This document shows, one piece after another, positions 49,053 through 61,409 of a DNA stretch of 64,000 nucleotides. The notes under the pieces were generated by a model. It was not told the DNA's origin. It made no database searches and saw only the letters and a program-made list of their open reading frames with translations. The position numbers and the translations under genes are program-made. The DNA is from Felis catus (Eukaryota): contig NC_058383.1 in the NCBI RefSeq assembly GCF_018350175.1, forward strand, positions 29,514,001 through 29,578,000. Reading direction: 5' to 3'. Within the stretch, counting starts at the first letter, position 1. Each line of letters opens with the position of its first letter.

Positions 49053-51167
49053 TGGCTCAGTGCAAATCCCTGGCCGCTGGGAGAGCAAGAACCCAAGGGG
49101 TTTGCAGTACCCACGTAGGTGAGTGGCATCGTCACCCTACGCAAACATGGGCACAGGAAAAGTTATGAAAGCTCCGAAGTTCAGAGGAACAAGTAGTAGC
49201 CACAGGCTGAGTGTGTTGCACGAAACGGCTTATTTCATCCGGGAAACAGTCCTACACGGCTGTCCGCTTTCGGCACCATTTTACAGATGAGAAGACTGAG
49301 GTCCAGGGGGTCTCTGTGGACCTTCAGGGCAGAACCAAGGCTTGCCACTTAGCGCCGTATCGTCCCAGCCGTGTCTCTACAGTAAACAAGGAAATGACTC
49401 ACTGCTACATACAAGACTCTGGGGATGTGGGACAGGGAAGGGGCCAATGGGCGGGGCTGTCAGGCGGCACAGGGTGATACTTACGGAGCAGGTGGCACGA
49501 ATGCCTCCATCTGCCCCCAACACCGGCAGTCACGGGGTGCACACAGGCCTGCAGAAAGGGCTCCAGCTCTTCGCACCTCTGGCTGAGGACAGAAAGGCAG
49601 AGAGGGCCCCGGGATTCCATCAGCACCCATCAGTACTCATTGGCTGTGGGGCTCACGACGAGCCCTTCTTGCCTCTCGGGAAATGGAGACCCCGGCTCCT
49701 GGCCTTGCTCATGTGACCCAGCAACCCGAGCATCAGATGAGGACAAAGATGGCAAGGATTATCATTTGCAAACATCGAAAGGGGGGCTTCAGGATGGAGG
49801 GAATCCCTGGACTTCCCGGAGGTGGCCTTGCAGGTGTGGACGGGCGTAAACGGACTCCCTGTACTTCCCCCTCCACACCCCCCCCCCACCCCAGAGCTGT
49901 GGAGAGACAGGCCCAGCGTGACCTGAAAGGAACCTTTCTGGCCCCAAAGCCAAGAGAGATGAGAACTGTGAAGGAGAGAAGCGAGAGCTCGGCTACAGGC
50001 GCTTGGGGGTTTATTTTTACCCTGTTATCTCTATCCTGAAATGTCAAGCGTGGAGCCGCCTCTCCCACCAGCCCCCCAGCCTCCCCAGCCATTCAGCGTG
50101 GCAGCGCAGCCTGGAAACAGGCCCCATTCTCCTTCTCTGGTTCCTCCGCCTCTCCAAGAGAGTCACAGCGCTATGGAGACGGGAGGCATGGAAACCCTGA
50201 AATAGAGAAGTGGGAAGTGAGACCTTTTATTTGGGTTCTGGAACAGGCTCACTTCCTCCTAGAGGCCCCGGGGCGCAGAGGAGGCCCTTGGAACTGTCGG
50301 GTACCTATTCTAAGGTTTGCATCAAATCGGTTCTTTATGGTGCAAGACTCAGAGATCCCTACTTACATGGGGTTATATAATAAAGATTGTTTAATTGGCT
50401 GAGGCCACCGAAAGGCCTAGCAAAAGGTCAGGCTTCGGGTAGGGTTCGAGCCTGGGGTTTTTTGTGCCGTCCCAAAGACTCGGTTCTCTCCCTCTCTCGG
50501 CTCCGTGTTCTGTGGTGTTGGCTTCAACCTCGGGCACCACTCTGTGCTCCCCAACAACCTTTAACACTTCTAGAATCTTCCCCCGTGATCACAAATGGCT
50601 GCAGCAGTGGGTCTAGACCTCACATCCTCATACTGGTGGCTCCCAAGGAAGAGAGAGGAACCTTCTTTTTGCCACAAGTTACCAAGAAGTGTCCTCCTGT
50701 GTTTCGTTGGCTACGACTGGGTTATATGACCATCCCCAAGCCAATCATTTTGGTATGGGGCAGGAAGGTGAAATACACATTGATCCGATTAAGCCAAACC
50801 AGATTCCCAAGAACAGGGAAGCGGTGGTTTCCCACAGGAGATTTCAAGCACTGGACCCAAAAGGCGACGGAATGGATCTGCTGAGCAGCAAGCAGGAGGC
50901 TGTTCTGCACTTTATTCATTTTGTTTGATCCTTCCCTACTCAGGAAGGCCCCTGAGGTTAGACGTGACAGTTCTTTCCTATCCAGAAAGAGGCCAACAAC
51001 AACATCTCTTTCTGTCTGTACGTTTACCTGAGGTTCTGAGTTCTACGAATCCTGGGTCCATCATTCCCAAAATTGCACCAAGGCAACAGACTCTCCCCCA
51101 GGTAGACGGGGAGGTACAGGCTGAAGGGTCATCTGTTTACCTGCCAAAGTCTTCCTCTGCATTCAAA

Positions 51168-51367
51168 ATTTTTTTTTAATGTTTATTTATTTTTGACAGA
51201 AAGAGAGACAGAGCATGAGCGGGGGAGGGGCAGAGAGAGGGAGACACAGAATCCGAAGCAGGCTCCAGGCTCCGAGCTGCCTGACGTGGGGCTCGAACTC
51301 ACAGACCGTGAGATCAGGACCTGAGCCGAAGTTGGACGCTTAACTGACTGAGCCACCCAGGTGCCCC
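51168..51367 (-). mobile_element. Can-SINE with small internal deletion
   Basis: TSD cttcctctgcattcaaaat; lacks the tcagcacagagc segment. Confidence 0.95.
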
Positions 51368-51379
51368 AGCTTCCTCTGC

Positions 51380-51812
51380 ATTCAAAATAAAACTCACACT
51401 CTACACGCTGGCTTCCCTATCACTCACCGCACATTCAGCCATTCCAGGCTTCTTATCGATCATTCCTTAGACAAGTCAATCAGTCACCTTATTCCTACAG
51501 AGCCTTTCCACTTGCTCTTTCTCTTGGATCTAGAATTCCTTTAAGTCTTTTCAGAGTTGGCCCCATCTCATCATTCAGGACTCTGCTTGAACATCACACC
51601 TTCTTGGAAGCCTTCTCTGACCCACCTGGGGCGTAAAAACCATCTGAAATTACCGTGTTCCTTGATGGCTTGAGTATCTCTCCCCCTTTGTTAGACTGTA
51701 AGCTCCACAGAGCAGGCACTGCGCTGGTCCTACTGATGTGTGTCCCTCGTAATTCCTCCTTCTGTGTCTGCCATAGTGGAGGGACTCAATACATATTTGC
51801 TGGGTCAATGAA
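51380..51812. mobile_element. L2 3' fragment
   Basis: tagactgtaagctccacagagcagg...ctcaatacatatttgctg. Confidence 0.7.
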
Positions 51813-52170
51813 GGAGAAGTCTTTTCTGAATGACCTTGTAAATGTTTCCAGAGCAGGGCAACTTGTTACATTTGTCCTGGCTTTAACTTGGTGCCTGCCA
51901 AAACGTGGCAGCAGAAGCGATGTGTTCAAAGTCGCACCCTAATTAGTAGGGAAAGGGACCTGGGTAGCACCAATGGCTTCTTTCCATCTGAGGGCATGAA
52001 ACTGTAGAGAGGCACCTGGGGCCACCTGTCCATCCAGGTGTCTAAGTATGGTGGCAACACCACCATTCACAAGTAAAAGCACAAAACAGCGTGGGGTGGA
52101 ATTGTTTCCTCCTTTCCCCACTGAGGCAGAGAGAGAAGAATGTCCCCGAAGAAGAAGAATGTCTCGCCTG

Positions 52171-53183
52171 GTCCACTGCAGACCCCAAAAATCAAAGTCA
52201 GAACCTCAACGTGCTGGTGACTCAGAAGAACCCGCATGTTCTTGATGGACACAAACGCTCCTCGAGGCTACCGAGACCTGCTCGTCTGTGACAGTCCTCA
52301 GGACAGTCCGGTGAGTGTGGATGGCTCAGCCCAGAGAACGGGAACTCAAAAGCACATCGGCAGACAGACCTCGGTTGTTCCTGTACTCCGCAGACAGCAT
52401 GCCTTCTGGAGCATCTCAAGTATTCTGCTGTTGATGGTTTTCCGCTCACCCAAACAGATCCATCATTCCTCTGTTAGGCCCTCACAAGACACTCTGAACT
52501 TCGTTCTCCTGGACTCCCCAACATTTGTAATAATATCTATATTTAGGTGATAATTTGAGTAAGACTCATCTTCCCCACTGGACTCCAAACTTCTGAAAGG
52601 CGGGGATGATCTCATTACCTCACTACCGTGTCCAGTGGTGTAAGTAAACCAACCCCTTGCCCAACTTGTAGAGTGAGCCTCGTAAACAGTTTTTGAATGG
52701 GAGGGGGGAAAAGCGAATGGAACTCGGGGTCTGCTGGGAAAGCACGTTACAGCCGGCCTGACTCAGCTGGAAGACAGCAAAGAGGCTGGATCTTTCAAAG
52801 TGAATCAGACCTCGTCACTGGCTGACCACCCTGTCCTCTCCTTCAAGGCATCTCCCGTGCCTAGAATAGTATCTACCACAGGATAGAGAGTCTGCAGACG
52901 GTGGAAGAATAAATCAATGAATGGACACTGTTCTTTCCCTTCCCAAAGAAGCTGGTTACCTTCTTAAGGATAAATTCCTGGAAAGGGAGAATGGGGGGTG
53001 GGGCGGGGCAGAGAGCCATAGTATGCAAATGTGCTGAATCAAACCCAATGGTTTAATTTAGGTCATCCCCTTCAGACTCAGCGGTAGCTTCGAGGAGTTT
53101 GTCTCCAATTAAGAACATGTGGGTTCTTCTGAGTCACCAGCACGTTGAGGTTCTGACTTTGATTTTTGGGGTCTGCAGTGGAC
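52171..53183. repeat. Inverted duplication, arms 52171-52272 and 53082-53183
   Basis: 52171-52243 is the reverse complement of 53111-53183 with one mismatch; homology extends about 29 nt further inward with mismatches and indels. Confidence 0.95.
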
Positions 53184-53578
53184 AACTGGGTCCCAATGGG
53201 TAGTTTTGCATCTGACATTTAACCAACCAAGGGCTCAAGCTATTTGGTCTTTGTCCCTCTTCGGAGGTGACAGAGATTCCAAGACCTCATTCTTCAATCG
53301 CCAACCCCAAATCAAATACCAAAAAATCTCCTTCCCAACCCACCATGAAAAACCTCCATAAAACCAAATCTCCAAACATGCCTGTGTGTCAAGCCCCCCC
53401 CCCCCCCCCCCCAGCTAGCAAAAGGTGGCTCACTTTTGAACTACAAACTCCCTTCTAGAACCAGGAGGAAAGGAATAAGGGATTTACGGGTCGCCTCAGA
53501 GTTGTAGGTTCTGGCTTGTCCCCAGGATGAGTTCATTATTTATTCTTAGAGACCGGACTCAAATTAAACAAACAGTGC

Positions 53579-53742
53579 CTATAAATAGAGCAGGATACAC
53601 TCAGCTCAGTGTCACTGAAAGGTCCTTTTCACAGGGACAGATGCGCTAAATGGATGTTCTCAGGTTACCCCGCTGGTACTACGTGAAAAAGGGTTGTCCT
53701 TTTTCTTGTTAAGTGTGGTCCAGGAGCGAAGCAGGTGAGTCA
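53579..53742 (+). promoter_or_regulatory. Candidate TATA/MEF2 promoter and first exon
   Basis: CTATAAATAG 53579-53588, TCAGT 53606-53610, donor CAG|GTGAGT at 53734/53735. Confidence 0.35.
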
Positions 53743-54309
53743 GACATTGGGATTTGGCCTGATTCTGTCTCCTTCGTTTCTTTTTTTCTAAACTCTCATT
53801 CACGTTATAACTGAGAGGGAGCCGGAGAGGAAGGATGTCACTCTATAAACGCCCTGGCTGGACAATTTGGCATTTCCCTCGGGGAATGGGTCCTGGCTCA
53901 GGTTGTATTTGACAGAGTGTTCTGGTCGTTTAGATTAGATTGCAAACTCCCTAAGGGAAGGGACCAAATGGTAGACTTTCCTCTTGGTTTCTCCCATGCT
54001 GCCAAACACAGAGATGGCTAGGGTTTCCATGGCAGACCTGGAGCTACGAATTAAAAGGACTGTCCTCAGGCATGGGGACCTGTCTGGTAGGGAGCAAGGC
54101 AGCCTGTGTTCCAAGCCTGCTATGGCTTTGCTTTGCCTCTCACTGGGTAGTGCGCTCGAGCTGTGCAGTGATCACATCACCGTGACAGACAAGTTGGGGT
54201 GGAAAGACCTGGAACAACTGTGAAGAGACATCAAGCAACGGGGCAACCAAGTCAAATCACCGGAGGGACAACAGTGATCACCGAATCGGCACTTGGCCGG
54301 CTCATTCCA

Positions 54310-54490
54310 AGCACTGTTCTAGAACATCGCAACAGCTCACTTAATCTTTCTAAAAACCCCTATGACTTAAGGACCATGATGATCTCTATTTTACAGATGA
54401 AGAAAGTGAGGCACCGGTTGAGTATTACCTTGCTCGAGGTCAGACGGCTGGTGAGTCAGGATGGGGAGTCAGGCAGTTGAGCTCAAGAGC
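54310..54490. mobile_element. MIR
   Basis: ctattttacagatgaagaaagtgaggcac core. Confidence 0.75.
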
Positions 54491-55621
54491 AGCCTCCTGG
54501 AGTCAAAATTAAGTGCACAGAGTCTGTATCTGTCAGTTTTATCGCCTGGGTCCGGACCACGCCCGGAACTCCCTGTCAGCATGGGATCGAGGTCGGGCCA
54601 ATGACCCTGAATCTCAGGACTTCTTCTGGGAATGCTAGGCACAAGACACACGGACCTTCCCTGCGGATCAGCAGGGGAGGTGGGCACCTCGCAAGGGCCA
54701 CAGCCATCTGGCCGCTCCAGGAGGAACGTGGCTGAGAACGAAATCAGCACTGAGAAAAACAGGTCCTGGTGATGGTCTTCGAACCCTGAGTCCAGCTGCG
54801 GACCAGCCCTTCAGCCTTGAGCTTTCAGGAGCCAGTATCTCCCCTCTGCTGTTGTAAGCCAGTCAAGGCTGATTTCCTATCATGTGCAGCTGACAGAGTC
54901 CCTAACCGAGCCGGCCGGCCCCTAATAAAGCATGATTTGGCCAAACCAACAGCCCAGCCCCACCCACAAGTGAGAGCTCTTTCCTCGCCCTGTTGGAATC
55001 TTCCAGAAACACGTACCAGCCTGCTTCTGTGCACTTGCACAATGGCTCCTTTCTCTGTTTACTGAAATCCCAAACACTCTGCTGAGGCCTCCCCCACGGT
55101 ATCCATCAGAATCACCTACCGCTTCATTTGGTTACCACAGTATGGAACTTAGGTGCTTACTTAGCCCTTACCCTATTCTGCCTTGAGATAGTTATTTACA
55201 AGTCATCATTAACATTCATTGAACGCACGCGCTCAGCTCGGCGAGGGGGGTTCAGAGCCAAGACCATCAGCACGTAGCTGAGCTCTTTTCCAAGCGTCGG
55301 GCACTCCGCTCAGCGCTTGGCACTGAGCATTTATGTGGCTGCGTCTCCTAAAAAAAACCCTACAGGGCAGCTACGAATGAGATCCCCACTGGACACATAA
55401 TAGGATGGTACTCGGAGATTTGAACAGAAATTGCAAAGCGAGTGGCCAGATGTGGATGTAGGTTTTTCCCAGCAAAGACTTGACGACCAGTTTCAAATAC
55501 TAATCCCTCCTTCACAAACCCCTAAACCACAAAGAAGATGTAAAAGACTCAATAGGTATGAAGAGAGGATTTTACTACTTTTTTTTTTTTTTTTACAAAT
55601 ACCATGCTGTCATCCACCTCC

Positions 55622-55623
<2 letters not shown>

Positions 55624-55657
<34 letters not shown>
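55624..55657. repeat. (CA)n microsatellite
   Basis: Direct reading. Confidence 0.95.
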
Positions 55658-55659
<2 letters not shown>

Positions 55660-56913
55660 ATGTGAGCAAGGTGGGGGTGTTTAACCTATTTGTGCATCTC
55701 AAGCCTGGGGAGAGTGGCTTCTTTGAGATACTATGGAGAGTCTGATGAGCCTTCCTGTTGCTGCAGAGATGGAGACACAGGGAACCGTGCCTGACTCACT
55801 GCTGAGAAGTCCCGAGGGTGAGAGACATGGCCAGGAAGTTTACGAGCCCAACGCTCATGCTGGCGAAGACTGTACATGTTTTCCTGCGGCCTCACGTGAG
55901 CAAGCTGCCTAATGGTTCACCTTAGAGAGTGTCTCGCAGGGCAGCCTAGAAGGGCCTTGAGCCCTCATCACACAGAGGCTGGAGGCGGATCATCAGACTC
56001 GGAGGAGTGTTATTGAGTCCCTGGTGTGAGTTACCCTGTCAATGCTGGGGACTGTCCAGCACCCGCCCATTACCCCATGTGATACTTGAGCATACCGAGA
56101 GGGGGCGACACCATCTTTGGGTTCTAATAGTCAAGTAGGTACTCCACCCACTCACCCACCCTCATTTTGCCTTACATCTTCTCTCTTGCAACCTCTTGTG
56201 TGTACATTTTAGGGGAAGACAGTGTCTATTTCCTTCTTCCTGAAGGCCAGTGGCCCATTATGGTGGGCCTCAGGTGGAGGAAGAGGAGAGGAGGCTTATT
56301 TTTAAATAAAGTTTGAAGTGTTGATTAACGTACTGGACACGACACTCTGATTTGGGAAATGAGACTAATCTGTGACCTAGAAATCATAGGACTTTAATTA
56401 AAAAATTAGGCATGAAAAGCAAAGTCATGGTGCCTGCCTGAAGTTTTCATGCACGGCCAGGACAAGGATGTACCCCACTGAAATCTGAAAGAGCTAAGAC
56501 GCGACAAAAGTAAAGTTGCCTTGATGGCCTCACCTCATGAGCTCTCCTAGATAGAAGGCCAGACGGGGTAAGTGACCTGCTCGGGGTCACAGAGCTAGTA
56601 AAAAGGCAGAACTGCGTTCTTAACCACAGTGCTATGCTGTTTCTACACTCCAGGAAATTACTGTCTCTCCTGCCTATTCTTATCTTATTTTTCTCAAATT
56701 ACCTCCCTTTGCCTCCATGTATCATACATGGCCCTGGACCAGTGTTGACAGAAGCAGGGTATGATCAGAGGTGGGTAAGGTTATCCAAGGATGACGTCAG
56801 TCAGGAACATGCTTCAAAGACCAGCGAATCCCTGAGCACCACATCTGGAGAATTTCCTGTCTCCATCTACCTCAAAGCTTTGATGATGACTTAAGACACT
56901 ATTGGTATATTAT

Positions 56914-57129
56914 TTTTTTTAATTTTTAATGTTTATTTATTTTTGAGAGAGAGAGAGAGAGTGAGCATGAGCGGGGAGGGGCAGAGAGAAAGGGACACAC
57001 AGAATCTGAAGCAGGCTCCAGGCTGAGCCGTCAGCACAGAGCCCGATGTGGGACTCGAACCCATGAACCGTGAGATCATGACCTAAGCCGATGTCAGACG
57101 CTTAACCGTCTGAACCACCCAGGCGCCCC
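56914..57129 (-). mobile_element. Can-SINE
   Basis: TSD aagac(a/g)ctattggtat. Confidence 0.96.
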
Positions 57130-57695
57130 AAGACGCTATTGGTATTATTAACACAACATTGAACCTTACTAAGTTCCAGGCCCCATGCTAAATACTTTTG
57201 ATACGTTTTCTGATTAAATCCTTGCAGCCCTGTGGAAAGGATCCTTCTGCGCATTATTCCTGTTTACACAGGAGGCAACTGAGGCTTGGAGCACCTTGCA
57301 CAGGTTTCATGGCCAGCCAACAGAGGTCTGAGCCTACAGCCTGCATGCCTGGGCATCATAAGGCACTCAGCACATGCCTAGAACCCCCCCAGCCACCTTC
57401 GCACCAAGCCTGCCAGGAGTTACCTGATTCTATGCCTACTCACTAAAACGGACCCTCTATCAGCATTTCTGTTGGTTTCCAAGAAGTTTATTCGATTGGA
57501 TCCAATCACACAGGGCTCTTGGGTCTTGATTTTTCTGGAGCAAAACATGGAACTTGCTTGGGGCGTGGGCAGAAGGATACGACCTGTGGTTATAAGGGTA
57601 GTGACAGGATATGGGTCTTCTCTACCATTTGAGATGGGAATACATGGGCCCCAGTCTGAAGCAGAAGCCAATATCCAATAGAACTTGGTGACCAC

Positions 57696-57916
57696 AGGGG
57701 CGCCTGGGTGGCTCAGTCGGTTAAGCGTCTGACTTTAGCTCGGGTCATGATCTCACAGTTCGTGGGTTCGAGCCCCATGTGGGGCTCCATGCTGACAGCT
57801 CAGAGCCTGGAGCCTGTTTCAGATTCTGTGTCTCCCTCTCTCTCTGACCCTCCCCTGTTCACGCTCTGTCTCTGTCTCAGAACTAAATAAACATTAAAAA
57901 AAAAAAAAAAAAAAAA
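57696..57916 (+). mobile_element. Can-SINE
   Basis: TSD agaacttggtgaccacag. Confidence 0.97.
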
Positions 57917-58209
57917 GAACTTGGTGACCACAGTATGGATCTCTCTAGACCTGTGATCTATCCCACTGTGACATCAAGTAAAGCCTGTGCCTAAATTTTT
58001 CACCTCCTCCCCCAATGGGGATGTCTCAAAAATCTATCCATAATTAACAGTATCTCAATGGAAACTAATGTAGTAGTTGCGAATGCAGGCTTGGGAGTCG
58101 GAGTGCCTTGGTTCCATTTATTAGCTATGAATCCTCCCCCCACGCACTTCATTTCTGACCTTTGAGGTTGGTAAAATAGTGATAATAGTATCTTCCTCTT
58201 AGTATTTGT

Positions 58210-58583
58210 GAAAAGCCATCAATCTGTTCACAGATATTCCAATTCCCCTTCCTCTCTAGGTATGTGATAAAATCAGTATTATACTTTTTATGCACTTTGA
58301 AGCGAGCCACACCCATGTGACTTGCCTGCCAGTGAAATGATGACAGTGATTTCCTGCCACCAGGGGGAAGCTTTGCAAGCTGGTGTGCGGTTTGCTTTTT
58401 AACTTCAGGGGTTCCTAGCAGCCTGGGTCCCTGAGTGTCTGTGATGAGCACCACCCCTCCTCCCTGGTTCTAATCATCACTGGATACGTAGCATGAGTGA
58501 GAAACACATCTTTGTTGTTTTAAGCCAATGAGGTTTGGGGGTTGTTTCTTACTGCCACCACCTAGCCTATCCTGACTAATACA
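58210..58583 (+). mobile_element. Old MaLR LTR (MLT1H/I/J-like)
   Basis: agcctgggtccctgagtg...gttgttttaagcca...cctagcctatcctgactaataca. Confidence 0.75.
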
Positions 58584-58629
58584 CTGTTGGTGGGAGGGAG
58601 GATTCAATTAAAAACAACAAAAAAAAAGC

Positions 58630-59374
58630 AAGCACAACTAAGATACTGCCATGCACCCACAAGAATGGCTGTAATCAGGAAAACAGACAACGGCAAGTGT
58701 TAGCAAAGATATGGAGAAAGCCGGTGCCTCCTATATTGCTGGCGGGAATGTAAAATAGCGCAGCCACTTTGGAAAACAGCTTGACAGTTTCTTAAAAAGT
58801 GAAACATAAGCTCACGTACCACCCGGCACTTCAACAAAGTATCTGCCCCAAAGAAATGAAAGGTATGTCCACGCACAGGCTTGGATGTGTGTGTGTTCCC
58901 AGCAGTGTCATTCATGGTAGCTACGAAGCTGGAGCAAACCAGATGGCCATCATCCGGTACCTAGATACACAACACGCGGTCTATCCTTACAAGGTCATAC
59001 TACTCAGCAATAAAAAAGGAACAAAATGCCAATACATGCTACCACATAGACAAACCTCGGCAACATATGGAGTGAAAAGAATCCAGATGTAAGATCATGG
59101 ATTGAAAGATTCAATTTCTCTGACGTGTACAGAGAAGACAATTTTGTAAACACGGCAAGCAGTTCCGTGGTCACCTGGGACTGAGAGGGAGAGTGGGAAT
59201 TGACTGCAATTAGGTTTGAGGTGGTGTTGGGAAGTGACAGAATGTTCTAGAACCGGATTGTGATAGTGACTGCACAACTCTATACATGTTCTGAAAATCA
59301 GTGAGTTGTACACTCACAATGGGCCAATCTAACGGTATATAAATTCTACTCCAATAAAGCTGTTAAAAAAAAAA
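58630..59374 (+). mobile_element. L1MB-like 3' end
   Basis: attgctggcgggaatgtaaaat, cagccactttggaaaacag, caataaagctgttaaaaaa. Confidence 0.85.
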
Positions 59375-59649
59375 TGAACTAAGCGGCGGTATCTGGCACA
59401 TAGGGAAAGATCAGTAGACGTTTGTTATTATGTATCATTTTAGGAACGGGAGTCTAGGTCTGAGACTCTGCAATGAACTGATGAGGAGTAAAGATCTACA
59501 TCCACTGAAGAAGGGAGGTCTGGCAGTTGACCTTTGTGTTTCCACCCCCAAACTTTGTATTTCCCCTACACTGACCACTACCTGCAAAAGGCGTAGGGGA
59601 TATTTACAGTACCAACTGCTGGAAAGATGGGAGTCCCGTCCTTGACTAG

Positions 59650-59982
59650 ACTCTTAGTCTGTTCAGGCTGCTATAACAGAGTATCACAGTTGGGTGATTT
59701 ATAAATAATGGAAACTTACTGTTCATAGTTCTGGAGCTTGGAAGTCCAAGGTCAAGGTGCTGATAGATTTAGTGTAAGGTGAGGGCCTACTTCCTGGTTC
59801 ATATATGGTCATCCTCTCTGTATCCTCCCATGGCAGAAGGGGTGAGAAAGCTCTCTGGGGTCCCTTTTCTAAGGGCACTAATCCCATTCATGAGGGCTCT
59901 ACCCTCATGACCTAGACTCCTCCCAAAGATCCCATCTGGGCTACATCACACTGGGGATTCGTTTTCTTTCTTTATTTAAAAA

Positions 59983-60013
<31 letters not shown>

Positions 60014-60266
60014 TAATTAAAAGACAACACAGAGAGAAATCATGAGTGGCGGAGGGGCCAAAAGAGAGAGGGAGAGAGAGAATCTCAAGCAGGCTTTGTG
60101 CTGTCTGTCCAGAGCCCAAGGCGGGGGCTCAATCCCACGAGTCGTGAGATCACGATCTGAGCCGAAATCAACAGCTGGACGCTTAACGGACTGAGCCACT
60201 CAGGCACCCTGGGGATTAGTTTTCAAGTTATGAATTTTAAGGGACACAAACATTCAATCTATAGCA
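59650..60266 (-). mobile_element. MaLR LTR (MLT1A-like) split by a SINE
   Basis: tcttagtctgttcaggctgctataaca...aagggcactaatcccattcatgaggg...gggacacaaacattca. Confidence 0.9.
59975..60209 (-). mobile_element. Can-SINE with (TCAA)n tail
   Basis: Reverse SINE; ctggggatt on both flanks. Confidence 0.92.
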
Positions 60267-60554
60267 ATTAGGGACCATGTGGGCCCTCTGGTTAGCAGGA
60301 AGCACCAGCACAAAAGCAGTGATGCATTATCTGCTCACCCGGCTTTCTGGATGCACAGCCAGGTCCCCATCAGAGAAGTGCGCGCGTGGTCGTTTCTATT
60401 TCCAGGCGCTTCTCCCCACCTACAACATTCTCACAGTGTGTTCATCTCTCTGGCTACTCCTTGGAGAAAAGAGAAAGCTTGAATGATTTTGTAATTAAAT
60501 AAAACAATGTTTAAAAGTGAGCGATTAAGCCCTGAGATAAAAACTAAGGAAATA

Positions 60555-60782
60555 GGGGCGCCCGGGTGGCTCTGTCAGTTGAGCGTCCGACTTCGGCCCA
60601 GTTCATGATCTCACAGTTCATGAGTTTGAGCCCCACGTCAGGCTCTGGGCTGATGGCTCAGAGCCTGGATCCCGCTTTGGATTCTGTGTCTCCCTCTCTC
60701 TCTGCCCCTCCCCTGCTCACGCTCTGTCTTTCTCTCTCTCTCTCTCTCAAAATTAAATAAACCTTAAAAAATTAAAAAAAAA
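60555..60782 (+). mobile_element. Can-SINE in old L1
   Basis: Full SINE. Confidence 0.95.
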
Positions 60783-60784
60783 CG

Positions 60785-61330
60785 AAGAAAATAAATCTAC
60801 AGATGGCAGAAGGAAAGAATGAAAAGTAAAAAAAGCAGATGTAAGTAAGTTAGAAAACAGAAAAACAATAGGGGTTGGTAAGAAAAATCAAAGACCTAAT
60901 TCTTTTAAAAGACAATAAAAGAGACAAACTTCTGGCAAGGTTGCATAAGGAAAACAAAATACAAATAAATAGTGCTAGATTGAGTCTAAAAGGGACTAGA
61001 AACAAAGACATGGAAGGAGATTAAAGCTAACGAAGAGCCTGCTATGTTGAAATTTATGCTGATAAAATATTAGCCAAAATAAGACCACATAATTCACTCA
61101 AGAGCAGGCAGAGAAAACCCAAGTAGACAAAAAGGCATAGAGGAGACTGCTAAAGAAGTCTTGGGCACTGTGATGGAACGTGTGCGCTCCCATGATTTGG
61201 GGGGTGGGGGGCAAATTCCGGCAAACCTCAAGGTAAGAGATAATTTCTACGTGACTTAGTTGTTCCTAGGGACTGAGAAAGTTTAAAAGTGTCCTAATTA
61301 GTTCTACAAATCTAACCCAACCCTGATAAA
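60785..61330 (+). mobile_element. Very old L1 ORF2 fragment
   Basis: A-rich L1-like text: ttagaaaacagaaaaacaatag, agacaaacttctggcaag. Confidence 0.55.
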
Positions 61331-61409
61331 CAAATACTGAGAAGAGAGGAAGAGAGAGACAGAAACGCTATGGAGAACGAGAACATTATAGACCAAACCT
61401 ACGTAGGGA

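Noticed and set aside
52171..53183. Pre-miRNA interpretation of the inverted repeat
   Set aside because: The spacer of about 810 nt is far too long for a Drosha hairpin
56792..56799. Full CRE palindrome TGACGTCA
   Set aside because: A single 8-mer in 64 kb is near chance and has no supporting context
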